Source of the DNA: an uncultured virus (IMG/VR IMGVR_UViG_3300020421_000004)
Taxonomy: Duplodnaviria; Heunggongvirae; Uroviricota; Caudoviricetes
IMG/VR virus record: IMGVR_UViG_3300020421_000004
Length of the DNA: 54,511 nucleotides
Direction: 5' to 3' (one strand)
Part shown: positions 46,866 to 54,511 of the stretch, one piece after another
Layout: each line of letters begins with the position of its first letter
Position numbering within the stretch: the stretch's first letter is position 1
The notes under the pieces: generated by a model
Seen by the model: only the letters and a program-made list of their open reading frames with translations
The model's database searches: none
What the model was told of the DNA's origin: nothing
Made by a program: the position numbers and the translations under genes

Positions 46866-47632
46866 TTTCTTCTTCTTGGTGGTGTTAGGTTTAGTGACCT
46901 AGTAGTTGGTGGTGTTAATGTCAAAGATGGTGTATTGACACTACCGCCAAAGAAGTCAGCATCATCATCATCTGCTTCAAACTCTATTCCTATTTCTGGT
47001 AATGTAACTGAACTAACTGCTGGCTTTGGTACCTTCAATGAACCATCGTTTCTTGCTTGAATGAATCCCATTATCTCTTCTGCAGAATCTAACATAGCCT
47101 GCCAATCGATCCTCTTTGCTTGGTTGATGTAGTGTGTGACGTCTATTTCTTTTAGGTTATCAAGTATTTCTGTGAAACCATCTTTGTTTTCTTTTAGTTT
47201 TTCTACGACTTCTGCTAGTGGTTCTAAATCTAATTCTGTCAAATCCACACCCACTTTAGCAAATACTGACTTTGCTTCTTCTAAATCTGTGTTGAAATTA
47301 GACACCATTTCACTCGCTGCTTCCATTGTGTCATCTAGGTTTTCCATGCCCAACATTATTTCATCCATATGTTCAATGGCGTCATTAGAGTGTCCGTCTA
47401 ATCTAATTGTCATCCAAGCAATCACGGAATTGATTGAACCATTCATTACTGCTAATGCTATGATAGCCGTAGCGGTGGTATCCAATGTTGTATTATACGA
47501 TAGATATCCTAGAGTAAGTATAGAAGGCCCTAAGAATAATAATATAAATCCCCATGTAGGTATTACTAGTCTATCTAAGTTATATCTATCATTACTATAC
47601 TTATCTTCTGTATAATCATCTTCTAGCATCAC
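46862..47632 (-). CDS. 2-TM plus coiled-coil membrane protein
   Basis: AGGTGAG SD; two N-terminal TM helices, acidic heptads, SLTLTPP/SLNLTPP tail repeat. Confidence 0.7.
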   Translation of the reverse strand: MMLEDDYTEDKYSNDRYNLDRLVIPTWGFILLFLGPSILTLGYLSYNTTLDTTATAIIALAVMNGSINSVIAWMTIRLDGHSNDAIEHMDEIMLGMENLDDTMEAASEMVSNFNTDLEEAKSVFAKVGVDLTELDLEPLAEVVEKLKENKDGFTEILDNLKEIDVTHYINQAKRIDWQAMLDSAEEIMGFIQARNDGSLKVPKPAVSSVTLPEIGIEFEADDDDADFFGGSVNTPSLTLTPPTTRSLNLTPPRRRN

Positions 47633-47641
47633 TTAACTCAC

Positions 47642-49249
47642 CTACGCCAAAGTAGGTACGCTAGGCATACCGTTCATCGTTGCATCGTTTGTTACTGCAA
47701 CCAAAAGAGGTCTGCAAACTTCTTGTACTTGTGGTTGTAATAGGTATCCGAAATCTTGCTCAACGGCACCTGTGTGCTTGAATGGTTCTATCTTTGCCAT
47801 TAGTTCATCGTAAGTGTTTTCTGCAAATATCTTGTAAAACTCAGGATTCTTTCTTAATTCGCCAATCACTGCTGCGGTTACTAAAGTAGACGGTGTTTCA
47901 CCTGCTGGGGTTCTTTCTCTCAAATCCATCATACCCATTCCTATGTCTCTAAGATTTCTAATCAATAGCAATTTTTCATTCATTGCTTGTAATTTAATCT
48001 GCGGTAATGCTTGTGGTATTTCTCTCAATGTAGTGTCTACAGCAACGTCAACTTGTTGTTGTAATGCTAGTAATACTTGTTGGTCTTGTGCTACTGGACC
48101 CATTGCCTCTACAAAAGCAGAAAAGAGTATTTTTCTATACTCGTCGTCATTAAATTGTGCTTGTGGTTGTGTTACTTCTGCCACTGGTTGTGCTATTGGT
48201 TGGGGTTCGTCTTCGAAGAATACTCCATCCAAGTCTTGTTGTATTGGCTGCCCAACTGGTTGTTGTATTGGCTGCCCAACTGGTTGTTGTATTGGCTGTG
48301 CAGTTGGTTGTTGTATTGGTTGTGCAATTGGTTGTTGTATCATTGCTGTTTGTGCATATGGATTGTAGTCTGGATTGTCATACCCTGCTGGGATTTGTGG
48401 TCCACCTCTTGTTGCCAATGCTGTGCCGAGACCACCGACAGCGGCTTTCAGTGTGTCACTTCCTAATACATCTTTGATTGAGTCTTTCCAACCATCATCC
48501 TTTTCTCCGTTCATAAAACTGTCAAGTACTTTTTCTTTGAATATTCCTTTAAACTCTGAATCAAAGAAGCCGTCACCGTCACCTGCTTTCTTAGTAATGT
48601 CGCGCATAAAGGCCATTTGTTGGTTCATGAATTGTTGGTCACGAGCCATTGCTTCTCTACGTGTATCTCCTTCTTTCTGTTGGTCAAGTCTGCGTTGTTC
48701 CATCATCATCTGCATCTGAAACTGCTGTTGCTGCATTTGCATACTTTGTTGTTGTGTAAGGAACTGCATCATTGCCCACATTTCGTTTCCACTATCAGAC
48801 GGCGGTGGTTGTAATGTAGGTAAAACCGCAGGTTGTGCTTGAGGTATTGTACCGATAGGTGGTGGTGTTGTTGCTGCAGAATATGATGTTTGAGGCTGAG
48901 TTGGTTGTCTATTATCAGACTTCAATGCTTCTGCTGGACTAAATCCTTGACTCTTCAACCATGCCGCATAGTATCTCTTTACTTCTCTTACAGGTGCACC
49001 TGCTTTTTCCGATATCTCTTCAAACATTGGATTTGCTTGTCCACCTTCGAAAACTGGAGACCCGTGTGATTCATCGTACCAGTCTGGGTTGCCAAAAACA
49101 TTTTTCATCAATAGTTTTCTTTCTTTGGGTGAAAGTGTGCGCCACTGTGGGTTTGTTTTACTTTCGCTATCATCGTCGTCGTATTCACTATATTCTTCAT
49201 TGTATTCTTCCATATTTAGTCCTCCAATGGATTCCCTAAGTGATCGCAA
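47642..49249 (-). CDS. Q/P/M-rich hypothetical protein
   Basis: Likely start ATG 49213 (GGAGG SD); MQMQQQ tract, QQPVGQPI repeats, three NP near the N-terminus. Confidence 0.7.
   Translation of the reverse strand: MRSLRESIGGLNMEEYNEEYSEYDDDDSESKTNPQWRTLSPKERKLLMKNVFGNPDWYDESHGSPVFEGGQANPMFEEISEKAGAPVREVKRYYAAWLKSQGFSPAEALKSDNRQPTQPQTSYSAATTPPPIGTIPQAQPAVLPTLQPPPSDSGNEMWAMMQFLTQQQSMQMQQQQFQMQMMMEQRRLDQQKEGDTRREAMARDQQFMNQQMAFMRDITKKAGDGDGFFDSEFKGIFKEKVLDSFMNGEKDDGWKDSIKDVLGSDTLKAAVGGLGTALATRGGPQIPAGYDNPDYNPYAQTAMIQQPIAQPIQQPTAQPIQQPVGQPIQQPVGQPIQQDLDGVFFEDEPQPIAQPVAEVTQPQAQFNDDEYRKILFSAFVEAMGPVAQDQQVLLALQQQVDVAVDTTLREIPQALPQIKLQAMNEKLLLIRNLRDIGMGMMDLRERTPAGETPSTLVTAAVIGELRKNPEFYKIFAENTYDELMAKIEPFKHTGAVEQDFGYLLQPQVQEVCRPLLVAVTNDATMNGMPSVPTLA
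48236..48340. repeat. 24-bp coding tandem repeat (QQP[V/T/I][G/A]QPI), about 4 copies
   Basis: TTGTTGTATTGGCTGCCCAACTGG repeated with variants. Confidence 0.85.
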
Positions 49250-49719
49250 TCTATTTCATCACCTGTATCGGGATCGATAAAGTAGTAATCATCTGTCTCT
49301 GGATCATGGTAAACTTCGAAGTCTTCACTGTTGCGATAGTCTTCCCAAGTTTGCTGGAAACTTCTTTTTGCTCTAAGTGCTGCTATTGCTCCCTTTGCTC
49401 CTAGTAGTCCGCCTAATTCTGCTAAGGACTCTCTGATTATATCATCTGCACTCCTTTTCTTACCTTCGTGTTGTAGTGGAATATTATATTCCATTAACAA
49501 ACCAACTGTTCTAACCAAAGAACTTCGTGCGTCATCTACAAGGTCTGGTGCCATATATGGATTTGCTATTAACTTGGAGTAAACCAAATTTATTTCTCCT
49601 TTGATTTCTTTCAAATCAGATATTAATTGTTTGTCAACAATGCCTTCCGATTCTACTTCAACGTATTCTGTCCTATTCTCTTGGGACTTCCTGTATGCAT
49701 CTTCTACTGGGTCGCTCAT
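49216..49719 (-). CDS. Hypothetical acidic protein
   Basis: GAGTGA SD; C-terminal YHDPETDDYYFIDPDTG beta-hairpin. Confidence 0.7.
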   Translation of the reverse strand: MSDPVEDAYRKSQENRTEYVEVESEGIVDKQLISDLKEIKGEINLVYSKLIANPYMAPDLVDDARSSLVRTVGLLMEYNIPLQHEGKKRSADDIIRESLAELGGLLGAKGAIAALRAKRSFQQTWEDYRNSEDFEVYHDPETDDYYFIDPDTGDEIDCDHLGNPLED

Positions 49720-49723
49720 CTAA

Positions 49724-50107
49724 TCACTCATCCTTCTTGCCGTATGGGTTAAATTCGGGGTCATCTCTTCTGTCTGCTTTTGGTGTACCTACTACCTCTT
49801 CTTCATCAGAATCATACTCTTCGTAATTGTCTAAAAGATGCTCGAACTTGTCTTGTATTATCTCTGCCAATACATTTTCTTTGACGCTGTCGACCAATGC
49901 ATTTTCAGTCCAGACTATCTTTAAAATACATTCTCTCCTGTAATATGTCAATCGTCTTTGAATTAGATCTTTACCATCTTCACTAGTTCCTAACTTAAAA
50001 CTGTCTTCAATGTAAAGACCATCTTCTGTTTCAATTATCTTTACATCTTTGAGTGTCAGTACTTCGCTGTTTAATAGCAAATGGATCTCGTTAGCCTTCT
50101 GTTGCAT
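49724..50107 (-). CDS. Hypothetical acidic protein
   Basis: Apparently leaderless start 25 nt behind the TCCGCATCACTTAA promoter. Confidence 0.7.
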   Translation of the reverse strand: MQQKANEIHLLLNSEVLTLKDVKIIETEDGLYIEDSFKLGTSEDGKDLIQRRLTYYRRECILKIVWTENALVDSVKENVLAEIIQDKFEHLLDNYEEYDSDEEEVVGTPKADRRDDPEFNPYGKKDE

Positions 50108-50130
50108 AAGTCAAGATGATTTGCAATTAG

Positions 50131-50146
50131 TATTAAGTGATGCGGA
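50131..50146 (-). promoter_or_regulatory. Archaeal-type promoter TCCGCATCAC-TTAATA for gene 50107
   Basis: Identical 14-mer and spacing as 6104..6117. Confidence 0.65.
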
Positions 50147-50224
50147 GATTTAAACCAAAACGTCTTTACATAATTGACTAAAATACAGCAATGTATTTGA
50201 TTAAGGAGTAGTCAAGTATAGAAT

Positions 50225-50845
50225 ATGGGCGGAAAGGGGAGCGGTAGGCCATTTGGTGATAAGAATAAAATCGACGCATTCGACCCAGACACATGGCCTG
50301 CTAATGATAAAAGAAGATTGGAACGAGAAATGCAAATAAAAGATGTATTAATGGGAAGTAAGGTAGTTAATTCGCCAAAGAAGTTATGGATGCGGGAACG
50401 TACCGCGCACTTAGAAGGCGGTAGAGTCAACGTACAACTAGACCAAACTATGTTAGACACCGTCGCTGATATGCAGGCAATGTACAAACTCGGCGCTTTC
50501 AGATACTTGCCTTTGTCGGTACGTGAAGTGTTCTTACGAACAGGTATGTATAACATGCCATTCGATAAAGACGCAGCATTTAGTAATGACCCTAAAGCAA
50601 GACCTTGGAATACTACCGCACTTGTAAGAATGTCTTTAGAGATAATGCGTCTTTACCTAATGGGTTTAGACCCATACATGAGTAGGGCTATGCGGTCTTA
50701 CCTTTCCGTTGACCTACACAAGATAGGAATGAAGAGAATGACAAACTCTGTTCAACGCGCAGCAGAGTTTGACAAAGTCTACGACTATGAAGATGATTCC
50801 GAATTCGACTTCAGTGGTCTAATGGATGAAGATCTTGAGTTTTAG
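50225..50845 (+). CDS. Hypothetical protein (206 aa)
   Basis: MGGKGSGRP N-terminus; acidic tail overlaps the nrdJ end. Confidence 0.65.
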   Translation: MGGKGSGRPFGDKNKIDAFDPDTWPANDKRRLEREMQIKDVLMGSKVVNSPKKLWMRERTAHLEGGRVNVQLDQTMLDTVADMQAMYKLGAFRYLPLSVREVFLRTGMYNMPFDKDAAFSNDPKARPWNTTALVRMSLEIMRLYLMGLDPYMSRAMRSYLSVDLHKIGMKRMTNSVQRAAEFDKVYDYEDDSEFDFSGLMDEDLEF

Positions 50846-52763
50846 TTTCCTGTGGATAAACAATGTCTATCTCACAAACACCTCCTGCACAAGCGATTTC
50901 TCCTTGCAAAGATGTTTGATCTTCTGCTTCCCATATTTGTGTTAAGTCTAAATTACTTAGTGTCTTACACATATTGTTGTAAGTTTCTTCGTCACAATCT
51001 TCGAACGGTGCTTGTTCGTAGCCACCACCATCGTATGGTAAGACAGCGATACCATTGTATGCGTCTCTATTATTCCACATCCACTCACTGACTTCATTCC
51101 ACTCATCAGGTCTTACAGATACGGTAGCAGACACATTATGTGAATTAATTCCGGCTACGTGACCAGGCTTAATCCATTCTTGACTAAACTTCTTTACTCT
51201 GTTCAGTAAATCCAAAGATGACTCTGTTCTTAGTATAGAACCGTGTGGAGCCATTTGTGGTACAGAAATTACTGCACCGTCTTTGTCAAACTTATCATCT
51301 TCGATTAACTCTGGGTGGTTCATGTAAAGATGATTGTAGATTGGCTCGTTCTTTTTGACACGCAATCTTCTGATATAATATTCTGAGTGCCATGCGTGTA
51401 TACCAGATGACGTACCTAAAGTTAGGCTAGTTGTTCCTGCTGGTTTGACACAGGTTGTTCGTGCTGCCGAATTGATACCAATTAAATCAGCACACTTCTT
51501 GTTTACTGACTTTACTAATTCAGACATTTCTACCAAGTCGTGTTCTAATATGTTGCCAGAACCAATACCAGTCATACTGACTCCGATGAGTGCATCTTCT
51601 TCTGTAGTTGTTTTCCATTCTTTTCTAAGATAATGGAAGTCTGTGTAAGATGCTTGTAGTGTTCCTAAGAACGTAGCAGCAGTAACTCTCTCTGCTAAAT
51701 CTATTTTATCCTCTACATCACTAACATTTATTTCGGTCAAGTTGCAGAATTGATGCATTTTTAATCCGATCTCGCAGCAAGGATTTGTACCCCATGTGGT
51801 ATCATTAGTGAAATAAAATCCTGGTTCTCCTGAATTGTTGTCACGGGCAACAGACCATACTCTTTCGAAATCTTCTTTTGTTACAGTTGCTCTGTCTAGT
51901 ACTACTGAATTGTTTGCTCGCATACGCTGTGGGTTCTCTGTCCAGAAACCATCGTCACCATTCGACCACTTTGACAGTAGCATTTCATTGTCGTCTTTGT
52001 CGAACAAACTAATCATTGCTGCTCTTCTAATTCCGCCGGATAATACAGCGTCTGCAAGATAACACATTATATCGTGTGCGTTTAGTGATGACATTCTTTC
52101 ACCAGCGTTTATATTTTCTAACACTTTTTGTATTTCTTCTAAACATAATTTAAGTGGTTCGTGCCCTGGTGCTCTACCACCAGAGGTCTTTAAAATAGCC
52201 CCCTTTGGTCGTATTTGTTTATAGTCGAAGTCTAAAGGGAAACCGTAGAGTTGACTCAAGACGCACATCTTTACAGCATCAGCCCAACCTTCAATACTAT
52301 CTGGGATTTGATATTTTATTGGTATTATATCTTGCATTGTTTGTTTGATTGGTAATTTATTGATGTTATCATACTGCACTGAATAACCAACACCTGTTCC
52401 ACCTAGTAGTAAAAACATTGCTTCTGAGAATGCATTGATTGAGTCGATTGGCATGAAAGCACAATTGTAAACTCTATTGTTAGATACTTCTATTGCTTTG
52501 CCGCCAAACTGCATTGACCTCATGGATGGTAAAACTTTTTTCTGCTGAATTAAATTGTAAGTGTTATCTAGCATATTTTTGAATTCTATATTATTATTGT
52601 AAAGAAGATTAAACTTCTCTACGTGCATTGCTTTGTTTCTTTCTACAATCTCTGACCAAGTTTCTCTGCGTTCCTCTTCTGGCTTAAATCTGGCGTATTT
52701 CATGTGTACGGTTATGTCGCTAAGTATGCTTCTATCGGGTGTCATTTGTCTCACTCTTACCAC
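50811..52763 (-). CDS. nrdJ: Class II (adenosylcobalamin-dependent) monomeric-type ribonucleotide reductase
   Basis: LPSMRSM, YNCAF, GGTGVGYS, GGIRRAA, GTNPCCEI, FCNLTE, TCVKPAGT, C-terminal CAGGVC; likely start 52745 (GAGTGA SD). Confidence 0.93.
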   Translation of the reverse strand: MVRVRQMTPDRSILSDITVHMKYARFKPEEERRETWSEIVERNKAMHVEKFNLLYNNNIEFKNMLDNTYNLIQQKKVLPSMRSMQFGGKAIEVSNNRVYNCAFMPIDSINAFSEAMFLLLGGTGVGYSVQYDNINKLPIKQTMQDIIPIKYQIPDSIEGWADAVKMCVLSQLYGFPLDFDYKQIRPKGAILKTSGGRAPGHEPLKLCLEEIQKVLENINAGERMSSLNAHDIMCYLADAVLSGGIRRAAMISLFDKDDNEMLLSKWSNGDDGFWTENPQRMRANNSVVLDRATVTKEDFERVWSVARDNNSGEPGFYFTNDTTWGTNPCCEIGLKMHQFCNLTEINVSDVEDKIDLAERVTAATFLGTLQASYTDFHYLRKEWKTTTEEDALIGVSMTGIGSGNILEHDLVEMSELVKSVNKKCADLIGINSAARTTCVKPAGTTSLTLGTSSGIHAWHSEYYIRRLRVKKNEPIYNHLYMNHPELIEDDKFDKDGAVISVPQMAPHGSILRTESSLDLLNRVKKFSQEWIKPGHVAGINSHNVSATVSVRPDEWNEVSEWMWNNRDAYNGIAVLPYDGGGYEQAPFEDCDEETYNNMCKTLSNLDLTQIWEAEDQTSLQGEIACAGGVCEIDIVYPQETKTQDLHPLDH

Positions 52764-52850
52764 AAATGTGACTAGACATTTAGTGGGTAAGTTTGACGAC
52801 GTAGGTTAGGTCCTTAAACTATACTGTGGAAAGAATAAACTTTCCAAAAC

Positions 52851-53297
52851 TTATGCAGTGATAACTATTTCTGATAATCCAATCTCTGGTGCGTCTTTAC
52901 CGCTGAGAGTTGCTCTATTCATCCGAAAGTAGTCCTCTATGAATGTGGTTGCTTTCTTTTTGGAAGTGAAAGATGCTATCACACCTAAATCATGGTGTTT
53001 TATCTTCGGAGAACTTAATCGCATTACTCTAGCATTGTAATCTCCACTCTTTGATTCTTCTTCAGATAGACCTGTTTTAATTATTGACTCTAATTCACCG
53101 TCATCACTTTCTTCTTCTTTGACCACATCGTATGTTACTTCTCTTCCTAATAATGGACAATCTGTTTTGCTACACCAAACTGATATCTTAGATGCATCGT
53201 AAACCACCCATATTGAAGCAACACTTGGTGCTAACTCTGTGTTGCTACTCATTAACATAGCCATTTGTGCTTTGAGCGCGGCTAGTTCAGAAACCAA
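52851..53297 (-). CDS. Hypothetical protein
   Basis: Co-oriented ORF; start uncertain. Confidence 0.6.
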   Translation of the reverse strand: MVSELAALKAQMAMLMSSNTELAPSVASIWVVYDASKISVWCSKTDCPLLGREVTYDVVKEEESDDGELESIIKTGLSEEESKSGDYNARVMRLSSPKIKHHDLGVIASFTSKKKATTFIEDYFRMNRATLSGKDAPEIGLSEIVITA

Positions 53298-53316
53298 ATT
53301 GTCATCGGAGATGGTA

Positions 53317-53937
53317 TCAACCTCGCATTCGGTATTCTGCTGCGGATGTTGGTAGCATTATCTCTACGTCTGGTAATGGTGCTCTCTTGACTAATTTTCT
53401 TCTCATCTCATAACTAGAACGCATTCTTGCTATTTGTTTTTCGTCATTAACTAACTCACGCTGTACATACATTGCGTTTAGGTATCTTTTTTGCCACCAA
53501 GAACGAGAGCACGTAAATGCTAGTTTCCTAGTTGTATTAATTAACAAACATTGTTGGGTTGGTCCGAACCAAATCTGCCAACCATCAGTTGGTGTACACT
53601 TGTAGTTGTCTGGTATAGTTTCTCTTGCTATTTCTGCCAGTCTTGCTTCTATTGTTCTTTTTTCATCGACTGTCATACTGATACCGAATCGGTTTAGTCT
53701 CCTACCTAATTTAGCATACTCCCCAAATACGGTATCTTCTTCAACCGTAACAGGTGTATCCTCAACAGTCTCTACAACCCCTACGTCTAAAGGAGTTTCA
53801 AAACTTGCCTCTTGGCATATACTTAGGTATTCTTTGAAGTCATCTTTTTTGTAAGCATTCCATGCTGATGACTTGAGTTCTCTACTAATTCCACTGTGTA
53901 TTTTTCTAAATTCTGTCCATGCGACCTTGTCTACCAT
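53317..53937 (-). CDS. Hypothetical protein
   Basis: Co-oriented ORF with GAGGA SD. Confidence 0.65.
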   Translation of the reverse strand: MVDKVAWTEFRKIHSGISRELKSSAWNAYKKDDFKEYLSICQEASFETPLDVGVVETVEDTPVTVEEDTVFGEYAKLGRRLNRFGISMTVDEKRTIEARLAEIARETIPDNYKCTPTDGWQIWFGPTQQCLLINTTRKLAFTCSRSWWQKRYLNAMYVQRELVNDEKQIARMRSSYEMRRKLVKRAPLPDVEIMLPTSAAEYRMRG

Positions 53938-53975
53938 ATTGGCTTCCTCAAGACAAGGGTGCTTCCAAAGAGTCT

Positions 53976-54511
53976 TTAAGATTGCGGAAGATTACGGTAA
54001 GATTCTATGGCTCTATTTAATGCACTTCTAGAAAGATTAGATATCTTATCGAATTCTTGTTTGGTTATCTTATAATTTTTCTTTTTAGCAAATAAATACA
54101 ACCATGCGGCTGCTCTTGCTAGTGGTTTCGGTTCACTATTACTTGGTGTTGTCTTTTCAAACTCCTCTATTGCTAGACTGGTTATAGTCTCGGGTACACC
54201 TAGTTGATTACCTATATTATTAATATTCATAGCCATAGGATTACCTATATCTGTTCTATACATATTATCTATTACAGTTTTTCTTTTCCTGATGTCATTA
54301 GACTTGACTTTACTGGCACGCATTGCATTGCTTGTTGGTAGGCGTTTCATATAATGAGAAGTTACAGAAACTACTTTTGGCTTAATGTTCCTTTCCCCTT
54401 CAAAGCCTGGTACATTGTCTTTTGATAGATTCATAACCATCGAAGCAATTTCATATTCATTCTTTTTCATATACATCGCAAACGGTTGATCTAGTTGATT
54501 CATATTAGCAA
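53976..54511 (-). CDS. tfb: TFIIB/TFB-like transcription initiation factor, probably 5'-truncated by window end
   Basis: INNIGNQLGVPETITSLAIEEF...PLARAAAWLYLFAKKKNYKITKQEFDKISNLSRSALNRAI matches a TFIIB cyclin repeat with terminal HTH; frame stays open to the window edge. Confidence 0.65.
   Translation of the reverse strand, partial: ANMNQLDQPFAMYMKKNEYEIASMVMNLSKDNVPGFEGERNIKPKVVSVTSHYMKRLPTSNAMRASKVKSNDIRKRKTVIDNMYRTDIGNPMAMNINNIGNQLGVPETITSLAIEEFEKTTPSNSEPKPLARAAAWLYLFAKKKNYKITKQEFDKISNLSRSALNRAIESYRNLPQS

Noticed and set aside
48236..48340. 24-bp tandem repeat as origin/iteron array
   Set aside because: In-frame coding repeat in a Q/P-rich linker.
51770..51790. NP in NrdJ (GTNPCCE) as a processing site
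   Set aside because: It is the conserved RNR active-site motif; shows that isolated NPs (also STNP within the DUF5754-like module) need not be signals.
1..54511. tRNA/rRNA genes, integrase, transposase, alternative genetic code
   Set aside because: None recognised; long ORFs tile the window under the standard code.

Overview
This window is most consistent with a 54.5 kb segment of a large virus infecting archaea. Evidence for the host is GGTGA-type Shine-Dalgarno sites, TATA boxes about 25 nt upstream of apparently leaderless starts, and a TFIIB/TFB-like gene. Coding is dense and mostly on the minus strand. No terminase, portal, HK97 capsid, tail tube, tRNA or CRISPR was recognised. Instead there is an FtsK/HerA(A32)-type packaging ATPase, a transglutaminase-like cysteine protease, candidate jelly-roll capsid genes and many small membrane proteins, which suggests a tailless, membrane-containing (Varidnaviria-like) virion. 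The window also has a fibre/spike cluster, class II RNR (nrdJ), RusA and two RHH regulators. The most striking signal is a two-motif protein grammar. (1) Large soluble proteins (18-39 kb) are strings of unrelated modules (JAB-like, guanylate kinase, GNAT, DUF5754-like, AEP+ligase, HAD phosphatase) whose boundaries fall on Asn-Pro dipeptides. (2) Membrane-anchored proteins carry many adenovirus-protease-like (M/I/L/F)xG(L/I/F)G sites. A protamine-like protein carries both motifs. There are also two classes of repeated promoter motif and recurrent TpA-rich islands written into coding sequence. All assignments come from motif reading by eye; no database searches were run.
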